DNA of 64,000 bases from an uncultured virus (IMG/VR IMGVR_UViG_3300033986_000160). Lineage: Duplodnaviria; Heunggongvirae; Uroviricota; Caudoviricetes. A program made the position numbers and the translations under genes. The stretch is taken from IMG/VR virus record IMGVR_UViG_3300033986_000160; one strand, 5' to 3'. How positions within the stretch are numbered: the stretch's first letter is position 1; every line of letters starts with the position of its first letter. Shown here piece after piece: positions 28,401 through 39,600 of this stretch. Below the pieces are notes generated by a model. It searched no databases. It was given only the letters and a program-made list of their open reading frames with translations, and had not been told where the DNA came from.

Positions 28401-28589
28401 GGCACAAGCATTATTTATAAGTGTATCGTGAGCAATTCCGTATTTAAGGGAGCCACGATCCGGTACGAGGGTGAGCCCGGGAGAGGTGGGCAAGCTATTG
28501 ATAAACTTCTCCAAATGATGTATGATTATTATGAGATACATCATAAGAACAAGGCCAAAGGACCGAGAGAATTCTGGATGTGGTCATAA
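25497..28589 (+). CDS. large structural protein with degenerate ~17-aa repeats
   Basis: 1030 aa; periodic DRxxK/R units in the middle. Confidence 0.7.
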   Translation: MPMKPIIYNMTVGTADQKLVKNSVSRAYALLNTKVKNGKVFGFQYRFFSQYKSQVEEEFSRAERPIDQPSKDLSGLIQAEDNTISRTHILNGSDLAESAVTKQYTILNNMKTGSSGVDNDTELLSLFKVSVSGTDTVGEHLKVFGNASNLESIAYVEPVCIQATHSISGISEIFHTMVEAINKESEAISQHGLKLMDELDKPQGCMLDFILMDKGNDNNSFIQKGHKLMVNSPNLSRITGNNIKFAIDRAELSTLLLGQPKFGYWYDDEGVFFKELIRANADSDIDAKFFDKLIAVENANADNIAQIDALIKYASRQYINSMIPRVTFGMDRIQKHAEDFADLIAYDRSGKDNSIVVEKTTFANRYGKDSLINTYSHIFSDRQMKPSSVVVNHILFNKQQRPGRINEDHKDTYNRGEQMLRPGRVVEDVSMVDRIRRAAEIFPDNVIIYSHRINDEVYWMNPYILAAQTFRPMMRVHKVQYAVTQNRPVFRLFNVFEPRAMTKVIFSDRANKPFMMLRSFEPAERPGKECILIVDMRVALNKEAIAEIKEEIKFALSNEAESVIMIGLVESDNRESECDILVTEIADSKNSVDASVDLLSVGWSKAEHLTEFTNVIDADSDRFGEAVKAVLSLAIDINKKRMALKEGIQDIGESFRQHNTPAMHSGYLVPLAKVRASLQGDKLSGIIDADWDTEWNQLTKIYIDSKDRDDRIKVPNDDYNYEKITKNLYDPVTGIPKDPIGPTNKPEVQVKFPNAHYNPKYKDLYREIIPVDLYCYKDMMLLIWIFWCKHRSSEKVLETLKEFYQTENIEMTMIQEYAKIVQFDASRAINYVLDNINQWIQRTIAYFDKNRMKQYERIMKQVRWFGEKIAHDMSKYILVREYDPFDLDNSTWEVKNHVLPIDGEVMVEAFVAIGDKVSLYINDEVKLEITEPGVYRISNPTNSEYIKPAPSIPLEAGTYDIKLIKSGTGTSIIYKCIVSNSVFKGATIRYEGEPGRGGQAIDKLLQMMYDYYEIHHKNKAKGPREFWMWS

Positions 28590-28625
28590 CATAAACCGCA
28601 TTAATATATAAGGGGGATAAACAAA

Positions 28626-29015
28626 ATGGCTAATAACAATAAGATGGGAATAGTCCAGTATTGGGTATTTAAAAGACCCAAGAACGCCCGTGGAAGAATC
28701 ATATATGGAGCCGAGCTTGGGGCAACCAAGGACGATTTCGGCCAGATATTCCAGGGTGAGACACTTCTTATGAACAACGGGGGAACCATAGAACAGCCGT
28801 TATCAACAGACCCGACAAACATCCGCAACACTATTGATGTTGCTCCTGATGCTGTGTGGGAACCTATCATAGGGCAACCTTGGATTCTTCACTCCGTTCA
28901 CTTCGGTGTTGACGAAGCCTTGAAAACAGCTAAACCTTTGATTATAGCAAACGGTGAAGATAACGTTAAGATCTGCAAAATTCTCAGCCACGAAACTATC
29001 GTTCAGATGGCGTAG
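28626..29015 (+). CDS. hypothetical protein
   Basis: 129 aa; AAGGGGG RBS. Confidence 0.75.
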   Translation: MANNNKMGIVQYWVFKRPKNARGRIIYGAELGATKDDFGQIFQGETLLMNNGGTIEQPLSTDPTNIRNTIDVAPDAVWEPIIGQPWILHSVHFGVDEALKTAKPLIIANGEDNVKICKILSHETIVQMA

Positions 29016-29030
29016 TAGGAGGAGATATAT

Positions 29031-30203
29031 ATGCCAAGACTTGAAAGAGCAAGAACTGGCGATATATTCTTCGATGACTTCGATGGACCTACATTGGACG
29101 AGAGATGGGTTGTCACCCCATCTCTCGCTTCAAGATATTCACTGTCCGAAAGACCAGGGTATCTTCGTGTAAAACATGCAGAGTCTTCAACGTACATACT
29201 TACTGATATACCTGCCACTAATGAAATGCTGTTTGAGATCAAGAATGATTACAAACCGGTTGTTTCAAATGACATTGGCGGTATTGTTGTATATAAGACA
29301 TCAACAGACAGGGTTGAACTTATAGAATACTATGATCCGATTCTTGATGCAACGAGGAATTATCTTTATGTAAGGATGTATAAGAGCGGAGATGTGTTCG
29401 ATGGATATGGTTCACAGGACGGTATACTGTGGGAGCTTATTGGTAGTGCAAGAATCGAAGATGCAGTTAAGATCGGTATAGTGTTAAACGGAGTCCCGAA
29501 TGTGCTTTCTGTTCCTTTGGATGTAGAATATGCAGCTATGTATTCTGACAGGTTTATCTATGTTGAGAATCTTGAAGAAGGAATGATTACTAAACTGTTT
29601 GACAAGGATAATAACCTGATTGAGGAACAAACAGTACAACCAGGGTTCTCTGTCGTGAAGTTCGATATGTTCTCACGTCTATTGCCGTTTGAAGGTTACA
29701 TCGAATTATATTCGCCGTCTAATGTCCTGCTATACAAGACACCATGCGAACGGCTTTACCCGGGCGACGAATTCCAGTACATCATGAATATTGATGTTCG
29801 GTTTCAACGAAGGGTGTTTGTCGTTGAATATGATAGTTACGGAACACCTGTATCCAAGCCAAAGTTTATCAGTAATGTTGATCTTGAATTGGACCAGGTT
29901 ACTCACATTGGCGACATGGAAGGTGCTTATGTTGAGGGTATTCTGACAATCAAGAATCTTGATGCTGAAGACATTATAAACCTTGAAGCGTCGATAGGTC
30001 TGTATAGTGAACTGTATGGGACCGGAATGATTCAACTTGCACTTGATAATTACGGAGAACCAGGAAACTACCAGGACAAGGTAATCATCAATGTGCCGGC
30101 AGGAAGTAGTACAAACATATGGATTAAGATATCGGCTACGTCAATACCGACATTGTCGAAGTACGATGTGTTCAAATATAAACTCGTATTAAAGAATGTT
30201 TAG
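29031..30203 (+). CDS. structural protein with an N-terminal concanavalin-A/beta-xylosidase-C-like lectin fold
   Basis: FDDFDGPTLDERW....YSLSERPGYLRV, GGIVVY, YGSQDGILWELIG. Confidence 0.7.
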   Translation: MPRLERARTGDIFFDDFDGPTLDERWVVTPSLASRYSLSERPGYLRVKHAESSTYILTDIPATNEMLFEIKNDYKPVVSNDIGGIVVYKTSTDRVELIEYYDPILDATRNYLYVRMYKSGDVFDGYGSQDGILWELIGSARIEDAVKIGIVLNGVPNVLSVPLDVEYAAMYSDRFIYVENLEEGMITKLFDKDNNLIEEQTVQPGFSVVKFDMFSRLLPFEGYIELYSPSNVLLYKTPCERLYPGDEFQYIMNIDVRFQRRVFVVEYDSYGTPVSKPKFISNVDLELDQVTHIGDMEGAYVEGILTIKNLDAEDIINLEASIGLYSELYGTGMIQLALDNYGEPGNYQDKVIINVPAGSSTNIWIKISATSIPTLSKYDVFKYKLVLKNV

Positions 30204-30217
30204 AGGGGGTGTAAGAA

Positions 30218-31507
30218 GTGATAAGGTTAATGAGATACGGAATTACCGATATGGAAAGTTCCGTTATTAGTCATAATCTTTTGGTTGATCGTGAAACACC
30301 AAACCAACACCCTATCGAAGCAATATCCGGTCTTAGGCTTGAACTGAATGAGAAATATGTAAAACCCGATACTGGAATCCCGATATCGGATATGGGCTAT
30401 AACCCCGCAACACAGGAAGGACTGATAGCGTTAAGTAATGAGGTTGATGCCAGAATGATTATTCTGAACAGCGACCTTACTTCTGTTACAACACATGTAA
30501 ACGCAATACAGGACTTTCTGAATAATATATTTAAAGATCAAACAACCGGTGTCCCTGGAAACCCTGTTATCAATTTCGCTTATCGCAATGGTTTCAGGGA
30601 GGAATTCATTTCTGAAGAAGGAGACACCGATTTTTATTTAATCAATACCTTTATCGCAGACGGAAAACATCTAAAGGTATATCGTGACGGTGAATTGCTT
30701 GTTCCTGGCGTAGATTATGACGAAGTATCAGACAACAAGGTTGTCTTCAAATATCCTCTTGAAAGTGATATTTATTTGTCGTTTATCTGCGAGTCAATGT
30801 CTATTGTGGTTTCTCCAATACATGAGGAAATTATAAGCATTGCAAACCAGACAGAATTTACGTTGAAGAACACCTACAAACCCGGCGATAACGTAATGAA
30901 CATATTCGTTCAGGGATTAAGGCTTGAATGCGGGACAGATTATGAAGAAGTCAATCCTTCCACGATACGTCTGCTAAGACCACCGTATAGTCCCGGTACA
31001 AAACTTATCTTCCGTCAGGAGGGTGTTCAGAATGCCGGAACAGTGTTGTACCATGAAAAAGATTACCAGCAGAAGACATGGAAATTAAATTATATAGCCG
31101 AAAAGAACCAGAGGCGTTTTAATCTTACCGAATCATATATTCCAGGAACAAATATGATTAACGTGTTTGTCCAGGGGTTGCTTCAATGGCCTGGAGTTGA
31201 TTTTGACTATGTTGAAATTGACGACAAGACCATAGAGTTTAATTATGAATTGGAAGAAGGAGAGAACGTATCGGTAGTATGTACGGCAGCTCTATATAAT
31301 TGGTCAGAACGTTTTGTGTCATTGCAGGGGCAGACAATATATGAATTACAAAACGTTTATTATACCGGCAGAGATGATATCCTCGTCTATGAGAACGGAA
31401 TACAGTTAACAGAAGGCGACGATTATATAGAGATAAGCAACAGGGCAATAGAACTTGTTGAAGCCCCTCCTGTGGGGTCAAAGATAACTGTATTAAAAAG
31501 GAGGTAG
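30218..31507 (+). CDS. fibre/appendage protein with four tandem beta-sandwich repeats
   Basis: QHPIEAISGL motif plus 4 x F...QT.F.L...Y..G...V...G....G.DY.E. Confidence 0.75.
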   Translation: MIRLMRYGITDMESSVISHNLLVDRETPNQHPIEAISGLRLELNEKYVKPDTGIPISDMGYNPATQEGLIALSNEVDARMIILNSDLTSVTTHVNAIQDFLNNIFKDQTTGVPGNPVINFAYRNGFREEFISEEGDTDFYLINTFIADGKHLKVYRDGELLVPGVDYDEVSDNKVVFKYPLESDIYLSFICESMSIVVSPIHEEIISIANQTEFTLKNTYKPGDNVMNIFVQGLRLECGTDYEEVNPSTIRLLRPPYSPGTKLIFRQEGVQNAGTVLYHEKDYQQKTWKLNYIAEKNQRRFNLTESYIPGTNMINVFVQGLLQWPGVDFDYVEIDDKTIEFNYELEEGENVSVVCTAALYNWSERFVSLQGQTIYELQNVYYTGRDDILVYENGIQLTEGDDYIEISNRAIELVEAPPVGSKITVLKRR

Positions 31508-31512
31508 GCTAC

Positions 31513-32493
31513 GTGAGCAGCAGAACAAAGATAGGTGGAAACCGAATAGCCGATAAGACAATCCGTACTGCTCATCTTGCTGATGACTTCATCATTCCGG
31601 AAAGAATGGTATTGCTCGAACATCCTACCCATGCCCATCCGAACAAATCGGTTCTCGATATCATCAAGAACTCGAACCCGGAACTGGTTAAGATAATCGA
31701 CCTGAAAGATATTTTGCTAACCATTACAGAAGTAGCTGAGGCCAGGGAGCAGGGAAAGACTCTTGCAAATACCATAGCAGGTAAAGCACCGAAAGATGTA
31801 GTTGATAGCTTTACAAAAGAGGTGCAGGAAGCAAGAGGAGATTTCGCATCACTGTCTGAAGCTCTCAGGGTTGTTATAACAGAAGCACAGCAGATTATAG
31901 ATGCACACGCCGGTATGAAATCTCATCAGGAATTGGATCTTTTATATGCTGAAATAGAATCAGCACGTGGAATATATGAGAGCCTCGGGTCAAGACTTGA
32001 CAATATACTTGGTGGAGGCGGCAGCGGAAACACAAATGTGTCAATGATTACCCCTTGGACATTCAGGGTAACACTTACAGCCGGCCAGACTGTTATTGAT
32101 CTTCCTAACTCATATACCGTAGGTGCCAATAATCTTCAGGTATTTGAAGGGCCTACACTACTGTATCCCGGGAGTGACAATGACTATGTAGAAACATCAC
32201 CGACACAGATTACACTCAATTATGAACTTCCTGAAGGTACAGAGTTATATATTACAGGCACAGGGTCGGGAAGATTGTTTGAATGGGTTCTCTACATGAT
32301 AAGTGAAGACAATCAAATGGAGATCAATTTCATTGATACATACCGTCCAGGTGAAAGGGACCTGATGATTTATGAAGATGGCTTGTTGCTTCAACCCGGC
32401 AATGACTATGAAGAAGTCGACGACCGTACCGTGCGAATGACAATACCATTCGCCGCTCAAAGCAATATAGCAGTATTCAAAAGGAGGTACTAA
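31513..32493 (+). CDS. fibre/appendage protein (ARG motifs plus two beta repeats)
   Basis: IGGNRIADKTIRTAHL, HAHPNKSVLD, 3 x E..AR motifs, 2 repeats. Confidence 0.75.
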   Translation: MSSRTKIGGNRIADKTIRTAHLADDFIIPERMVLLEHPTHAHPNKSVLDIIKNSNPELVKIIDLKDILLTITEVAEAREQGKTLANTIAGKAPKDVVDSFTKEVQEARGDFASLSEALRVVITEAQQIIDAHAGMKSHQELDLLYAEIESARGIYESLGSRLDNILGGGGSGNTNVSMITPWTFRVTLTAGQTVIDLPNSYTVGANNLQVFEGPTLLYPGSDNDYVETSPTQITLNYELPEGTELYITGTGSGRLFEWVLYMISEDNQMEINFIDTYRPGERDLMIYEDGLLLQPGNDYEEVDDRTVRMTIPFAAQSNIAVFKRRY

Positions 32494-32495
32494 AA

Positions 32496-35465
32496 ATGGG
32501 AGTTAGTAAAATCAAAGGTCACAGAATTGCAGACAAGGCTATAGAAAACAAGCATCTTCATGATAACTTCAAACTTCCTGAAGACCGTCTTATTCTTAAT
32601 TATCCTACTCATTCAAATGCCGGTGACCTTACAGAGGCTGAGAAGAATATCCTAACGCAAAGAGGAAACGCAGACAGCCTGCATTACCATACCGGAGGTG
32701 GCGGCGGACCGAATGGTATATACACAAATGAAGAAAGGGACGTTCAGCTCCTCAAGTTAAGCATGTTGATAAACTCAACAAAATACGGCATGGATAAGTC
32801 GGTAAAAGATTTGTTTGACGATGATGCATCCATTTATTACGGAATACGTGCAGCAAAAGCTCCTACGCTTGTCAATATAACTGACGACCCTGCGATAGGA
32901 GGATTGTTGCTGCCTAATACTTCATACACTTATGGCATCGTCTATAAGACAATCTACGGTGAAACCGACCTTATCAATACTTCTGTTATAACCACAGGAG
33001 CCGGTGCATATAATTCTGTTGAGCTTGCATATGAAGACGCTCCGGCAGAAAATACCGGTGCAAAGATATTCAGAAGTATAGGCAATGTTCCGAAAATGAT
33101 TGTCGAGAACGAGAATGTATCAGAGTGGGAAAATCCATATAATTTTGACACATCCATTGACAGTACAGATAAAACCAGTGGTCTTGGTTGTTACCGTGTA
33201 TCTGTTAAAGGATTTAATTCCGGCGGAAACCCGATATACAATGTAACCAATATAGCATTTGGTATCGGCAAAAGGGCTTTAAATGACGGGCAGCAGTTTA
33301 ACTCTGTCGTTGGTATCAATGCTCCGTTTGAGTATCTGATCCAGATTAACAACAAGGCGGTAGTCAATAAAATGGATATCGTGTGGGACAGCAATCCTGC
33401 GAATATTCCTATAGACTATGAAGTCTATTATACAACGGACTTACTGCCTACTGATATAACCAAGATCACATGGCATAAGTTTGAGAGGCTTAGTAAATTA
33501 AAGAACACTTACAATATACCGTTAAGTGTTTCGACAGACGGTGTGATTAACAACGACTGCATGATAGTTGGGAACACACGTTCTCTTAATTCATTCTCGT
33601 TTAAGTCTGTAAGGAATATTACCGGCATCAGGATTGTTGTAAAGACATTGATGTCAAAATGCATGTTGACTGATTTAAGATTGTTTACTGAATTCAATGC
33701 AACTAATACAAATATCAACAAAGACTTTGGCGGACCACAAGATTTCAGGGAGTTTAAGACGCTGTGCGTTGACATGAAATCAAACCTTGCACACAAAGAC
33801 AACCTTAGAATGGGATTCCTTGCAAGCACCGAGGTTGTTTCATCTGTAGTAGGTGAGTGGAGTTTGTCACCTAATACTACAGAACAACTGACAGGAAAGA
33901 TTATAAGACAGTCTATAAGACTTAGCTCACGTAACAGAAACACATATGATAGGATAAGAATTTCATTCCGGCCAGAACCAAACCAGTACATAAGGATTGA
34001 GAATATCTATGTGATGCTGGATACAAGAAATATAGACAACAATACCGGCCTGGCCGATTGTAATGTAGAAACTATTATCGTTCCTGTCACATTCGATAAT
34101 GGTTTGCCGTACTTTGATGGCACACCTACAGGTGACATCACGAGCGATTGGGTGTTCATTAAATTCCCGAATTTGTCGTTCTATACATACAAGGTTACGT
34201 TTAAAGTTGTATCTGGTTCGCTGCGTAAGGTAAATCACGCACAGGCTGAGGTTTTCTTGGCTGATGCTGCACTCTATAGCGGGTATGAAAGTTCGCTTAT
34301 ATGGAACGGATATGTTTCATATACTGCATCATGGGACCAGGCGTATGTGTCAAAGATTGAAATAGGAAAGAGCAATGCTCAATATCTTGATCTTGACTAC
34401 TTTGATCCTTCTGTGTCAGAGAAGTGGCACAGGCACTACATTCCTATGCCTACCGGTACTGGAGCTCAAGATATACGCAAGTTGGTGTTATATTTTAATA
34501 ACATCCTCAACGACCAGGACGTGTTCCTTGATAATATTAAACTTACAAGGTCAAACAATCTGATTCCTTCTGCAACTATGACATCAAGTAGTGGATGCTT
34601 AAACGAAGATAAGGTAAAGGAAAACAGTAATACTTACTTCTATTCTGACCTGACACCAACAAACGCAGTACCAAAATCAATTGTTGCTTCGTTTGATACA
34701 GCTCAGAATATTAATAAGCTCTTAATTCTGTTTGGAGAAAGGAACAGTGCTGGAAAGAATTATTCGCTACAGTACACTGTAGACGGCTCTGCTTCAGCAA
34801 ACGATCCGTATGATTCACCGAAGTGGCTTCCGATGACAAGCATTATAATTGGTGAAGACGGCATACCGCAGGAGTTCAAAGGCCGTATCGTAGACAACAC
34901 GATTTACGATAATAACATCTGGGCAAACCATATAACTCATAAGTTTGCACCGATAACATGCCTAAAAGTGCGTGTGATTGTCTATGCAACAATTGGTGAC
35001 CAGCCGTTAAGGATCATGAACATGAAAGTCATGACAGCAGACGATACAGGAGAGATGCATCTTATCCATGACAGGAATACTCCGGTAACTGTTGGACAAA
35101 AGTTCATTGACGACGGTAAACCTACGCTGCCTGACATTCCAAGCCTGTTTAACACGACAGGAAGTTACAATGTCATCTATGATAGTGCTTTAAGGATTGT
35201 GAAGCTGATTGACCCAAGCAAGAATGGTGTGCTTCACTTAAAAGAAATAGACTTTGGAGAACTGTTTATGAGCTTGATCCTGACATCTCAGTATTCAGGT
35301 GAATGTGACTTCTATATAAGTAACAATCACGGCGGCTCATATGTAAAGGTTGACCTTGACAAAGTGTATAAGTTCACCACACAATCCCAGCATCTAAGGA
35401 TCAAGATTGAATTTAAGTCGCCGGATGCAATGGTGAGTGCGATAGCGTTACTATATACTTTATAG
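32496..35465 (+). CDS. large fibre/adhesin-like protein with probable discoidin/CBM-type domains
   Basis: 989 aa; IKGHRIADKAIENKHL N-terminus; PIDYEVYYT..W and YSLQYTVDG..W..LKVRVIV F5/8-like patterns. Confidence 0.65.
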   Translation: MGVSKIKGHRIADKAIENKHLHDNFKLPEDRLILNYPTHSNAGDLTEAEKNILTQRGNADSLHYHTGGGGGPNGIYTNEERDVQLLKLSMLINSTKYGMDKSVKDLFDDDASIYYGIRAAKAPTLVNITDDPAIGGLLLPNTSYTYGIVYKTIYGETDLINTSVITTGAGAYNSVELAYEDAPAENTGAKIFRSIGNVPKMIVENENVSEWENPYNFDTSIDSTDKTSGLGCYRVSVKGFNSGGNPIYNVTNIAFGIGKRALNDGQQFNSVVGINAPFEYLIQINNKAVVNKMDIVWDSNPANIPIDYEVYYTTDLLPTDITKITWHKFERLSKLKNTYNIPLSVSTDGVINNDCMIVGNTRSLNSFSFKSVRNITGIRIVVKTLMSKCMLTDLRLFTEFNATNTNINKDFGGPQDFREFKTLCVDMKSNLAHKDNLRMGFLASTEVVSSVVGEWSLSPNTTEQLTGKIIRQSIRLSSRNRNTYDRIRISFRPEPNQYIRIENIYVMLDTRNIDNNTGLADCNVETIIVPVTFDNGLPYFDGTPTGDITSDWVFIKFPNLSFYTYKVTFKVVSGSLRKVNHAQAEVFLADAALYSGYESSLIWNGYVSYTASWDQAYVSKIEIGKSNAQYLDLDYFDPSVSEKWHRHYIPMPTGTGAQDIRKLVLYFNNILNDQDVFLDNIKLTRSNNLIPSATMTSSSGCLNEDKVKENSNTYFYSDLTPTNAVPKSIVASFDTAQNINKLLILFGERNSAGKNYSLQYTVDGSASANDPYDSPKWLPMTSIIIGEDGIPQEFKGRIVDNTIYDNNIWANHITHKFAPITCLKVRVIVYATIGDQPLRIMNMKVMTADDTGEMHLIHDRNTPVTVGQKFIDDGKPTLPDIPSLFNTTGSYNVIYDSALRIVKLIDPSKNGVLHLKEIDFGELFMSLILTSQYSGECDFYISNNHGGSYVKVDLDKVYKFTTQSQHLRIKIEFKSPDAMVSAIALLYTL

Positions 35466-35477
35466 GGGTGATGATTT

Positions 35478-35621
35478 GTGGGGTTCCAATTTGAGAAGAT
35501 AGAGAGCATCGCTACCGTGTTAAAACAGGAGAATGAAGCTCTTAAGGCAGAACTTCAAGCTGCCAAGAAGCAGGACAGTGGCAATAAAACTACCAAGAGA
35601 AAAACCAAAGCTGCAAAATAG
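35478..35621 (+). CDS. 47-aa coiled-coil/basic protein (below the ORF-track cutoff)
   Basis: GTG 35478 after AGGGGTGA; MGFQFEKIESIATVLKQENEALKAELQAAKKQDSGNKTTKRKTKAAK; fills the intergenic gap. Confidence 0.6.
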   Translation: MGFQFEKIESIATVLKQENEALKAELQAAKKQDSGNKTTKRKTKAAK

Positions 35622-35633
35622 GGGGAGATGTAG

Positions 35634-36599
35634 ATGAGAACTTCAGGTAGGCCAACCTATATCGATCCCGCAAAGACAGGTTATGCAAATCTTAGAGAAG
35701 AAATCCTGGATTTGCATAGCAAGTCCGAAGCTCAGGAAGCAGCGTTACAAAACACCGCTACCGAGTTTGAAGTCATAAAACAGGAAATGCAGGATATAAA
35801 GAACCTGGATTTAGAGAATATCAATGCTCCTCTGGTTGCCGAGTTACAGGATGCAAGAGGCGTGTTCCCAACTGTCAATGACAGGCTGAATTCAATGGCT
35901 GCCTATAACATCCTTAACGTCCTGGAGAAACTCACTACCAATCGTGAATATGAATACGATAGTGAAGGCTATATCGTAAAGGAAATTGTACGAGGCGACC
36001 TGAATTATGATATCGTCTACCATTACGATTCCCAACGCAATATAAAGCGTGAGGAAAGGTATGACACTAACGGGGTTCTTCTTGGATATAAGGATTATAC
36101 ATATGACGATCTTGGACAGATAAAAACCATATCAGGTGAAAATGCCGACGATGTAGCTCTTGCAACAAATACACATGAAATGGCTGAACTTCGGATTCGC
36201 CTGGCCGCACTTGAATCGATAGATTTCGTGAATCTTGCAAACTCTATTAAGGGTTCAGATGTAAAGTCTTTGCTGAATTCAATCCAGGAGATTTTAACAA
36301 GGGTACAGAACCTTGAGATGTATCTTCCTGGTAACGAGAATAGATTGATTGAAATAGGGAGTGTTCTTGACAGGCTGGATGCTATAGAACGCCGACTTAA
36401 TACGAATTACGTAACTTATACTTTTGATGTAAAAAGTGATGTCACAGAATACACCATACCAGACAATATTACCGGTAATTATGCAATTTACATGGAAGGT
36501 ATATTGTTAGACGAAGGCGACGACTATATAATAGAAAGTGGAAAAATAAAGTTCCTAATACCGTTAATCGATGATTTTACGGTAACTTGTAGGTACTAA
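35634..36599 (+). CDS. fibre-associated protein with YD-like repeats
   Basis: ELQDARG motif; YEYDSEG..YHYDSQR..RYDTNG..YTYDDLG; C-terminal beta repeat. Confidence 0.7.
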   Translation: MRTSGRPTYIDPAKTGYANLREEILDLHSKSEAQEAALQNTATEFEVIKQEMQDIKNLDLENINAPLVAELQDARGVFPTVNDRLNSMAAYNILNVLEKLTTNREYEYDSEGYIVKEIVRGDLNYDIVYHYDSQRNIKREERYDTNGVLLGYKDYTYDDLGQIKTISGENADDVALATNTHEMAELRIRLAALESIDFVNLANSIKGSDVKSLLNSIQEILTRVQNLEMYLPGNENRLIEIGSVLDRLDAIERRLNTNYVTYTFDVKSDVTEYTIPDNITGNYAIYMEGILLDEGDDYIIESGKIKFLIPLIDDFTVTCRY

Positions 36600-36610
36600 G
36601 GGGGTCCATT

Positions 36611-39600
36611 ATGCAGAATAAGATATATACCACTCTTGCGAATATATTCAATGAGCTGAAACAAGCCAAGGGGTCAAGTGCTTCCTTGGCTGAAGCTATT
36701 GATGAAAAGGTTAAAGGCCAGCAGGAGATTGTAGAGGCCAGAGATGGATATGCGACTTTAAATGACAGACTGGATGATATGAAGGCAAAGACTTCTGTAA
36801 ACATGTCTGATATTGGCGTTATTAAACATGATGTCGATATGCTAAAGAATCAGCCTGTCAATACAGACCCTGCACCGACAATCGTACAGATGAATGGCAA
36901 TGAAATGATTGTCAGAATAGAAGACAGGATTACATATAAAGAGGATAATTTTGTACTTCTCCCTGGAAAACAGAAACTGATAGTAAACGACCAACCAAAC
37001 GTAATTGTCGACGCATACCGAAAGACCCAGGATATTAACGCAGTAAAAGCCACAATCGAATATACGGGTGATGATGTTGTAAAGTATGACAAAGAGAGAA
37101 ACGTATTGTCAAACAATATGGTAATACCTGTTGCAACAAACAATCTATACAAACTGCCTTTCCATACTGCTAATGTGTTTTTAACAGAGGGACTTGATTC
37201 GTGCCTGATTCCTTATGTTGGCACTTGCATTGCCGATTATGCTGCCAGTCAGTTTAATGAAGACGGTTCACAGAACTGGAGCAACCATCTTATAAATGCA
37301 CTTGAGGGAAAAGGTGCTATATGGACAATCAAAAGGTCATTCGTTAATGTGACGTTCTCATTGTTCAGAGCTATAGAGGTTGCAAGAGTTGCGTCGAAGT
37401 TTGCATCAAACAGTACAGTCGGCAAAGTTACTATTCAGATATCAAACGACCAGCAAGTATGGACAACATTATACACCGGAAGTGACAGGGATCTTGATTA
37501 TACTTTACCAACAGTACAGACCGCAAAGTATATAAGGTTCTCATACAACATTTTTGACAACCTGAGAACAAACTATCAAATCGATGTCAGCAAGATATCG
37601 GTATACGCATATGAATATAACAAAGAATCAGGAGTTATCACAACCGTAAATCCGACACCAATTAACGACAGAAGCGAAACTTTGAAGATTGTTCAAAAGA
37701 GTCCTACAGCAAAGGACCCATTCCTGATTACAAGATTTGCTATTGCAAACAGTAAAGACAATGGAGAGAACTGGGTAACTTATATCCCGCAAAGACTGAC
37801 AGTAATGCCGGATGACTTCTATGACGACCTTGGGTATAAATATGTCGGTGACTCTCTTACAAATAACATAAAACTTAACGCAACATCAAAATACCTGTTT
37901 AGTAACAAGAATGTATATGTTAATCCTTTACCGACAGTTGATGGTGTTCTTGGTACTGCTACAATTTCCGAACACGCCAGTAGAACGCTTGATTTAACAT
38001 GGAAGCCTTATAAATACGTATTTATTAGGGCATACATAAAGATTGATGGGATGGAGTATCAGATTCCTATAAGTCCGGACAATCTTAATAGAAATATAAG
38101 CGTTGCAATTGCAGGTTATAGCCTTGTGTTAAAGATTACACCACTTAGCAACAAAGTGTTGAAACTATATGTTTGGTCTGAACTTGACAAAGTAATCAGG
38201 CTCGATGAAGCAAAGGTTGTAGTAGACAGTGCGTATAGGCTATATTACCCTGAATGGTACGACTCGCATGACTATGCTGTTATTTATAGTTCTGCAAGTT
38301 CAGTTGACGCAAGAAAATACATCAACGGATATCCTATTGATGAGAATGAAATATATACAAATTATGACGTTCATAGATATTCAAGGTGGTATGGTCATTC
38401 GTCTGACGAAGGGTCATCTGCCTTTAAAGGTAATGAGTATACCAGCATAGCAATTATTCCGAAAGATATGTATGGCGGCGGTGCTTTAAGGTCCTCTGTG
38501 ACAAAGACAAATGATGGACAGTGGATTACACATACTTATATAAGATCCGGAGCTACACTTCCGGTCTCAATGTATCTATGCGGAGATAAGGCAGATGTGC
38601 TTAATCCTGTAATAGAAAGCGATACCGAAGGAATCACAGGTTCGTCGTTACAGCCAAGGTTTGAGTATAAGAAAGACTATACTGCAAAAGTATATATTGC
38701 AAACAAGAAGATAGTTGGAATTCATTCAATACAAAGCGTATCGGATATCAGTAATATCCAGTACAGTATATCTTTTGACGGCACAAACTTCTACACATAT
38801 AATAACGATACTTTCCGATGGGACGGAATGTTTGACAGGGGAATGACATATACTGAGCTTAATGCGTTAAATGACAGCCACTTTGAACAATTAAGAGCTG
38901 GTGAATGGCTATACATCAAGGTACGGCTTATATCCCCTGACGCAAAAGTAGACAGCATCCAGATTGATTTTGAGAACGATACATTTGTAAGTATTCACGA
39001 GAGTGAGATCATCGACAAAGGTATGCCGGCAAGGGTCCTTGAAACAATTAACCCAAGTTCACTGTTCTCGTATATCACAACAAAGCACTCTGCTATTAAA
39101 CTGGCTACAGCAGCAATGTCTGTATTACCGATATATCAGTATCAATTGGCCGGGTTTGATTTAATGAACTACAATGACTCACAGTGGCAGGAGATAGACC
39201 CTACAACTGTAATTAAATACTTGCTGCCGAATAACAATTTTATATTCAAGAATATAACAACATCCCCACAACACGTAAAAGTAATGAGGAGGATTGTCAG
39301 CAACCAGACTGCTGTAATCGATATGGTTGAAGACGCAAAACAGAAACTTGCGGATCTCGAACGGCAGCAGAACGAATACAAGGTAGAAACTGATGACAGA
39401 TTTACCTTGATGCAGCAAAGCATTGATTTAATGTACCAGTCAATGCAAGATGGTACTCCGCCTCCGCCACTTCCTTCATTTATATTACCGCAGGTAAGAG
39501 AAATCGACGTTCCTGATCTTGCCCCACAGGGGTATTACACTGTGGATAAAGTAGGAGAATTAAGAGGAGTACAAGTATGGGAACAAAAGACATCGTATGT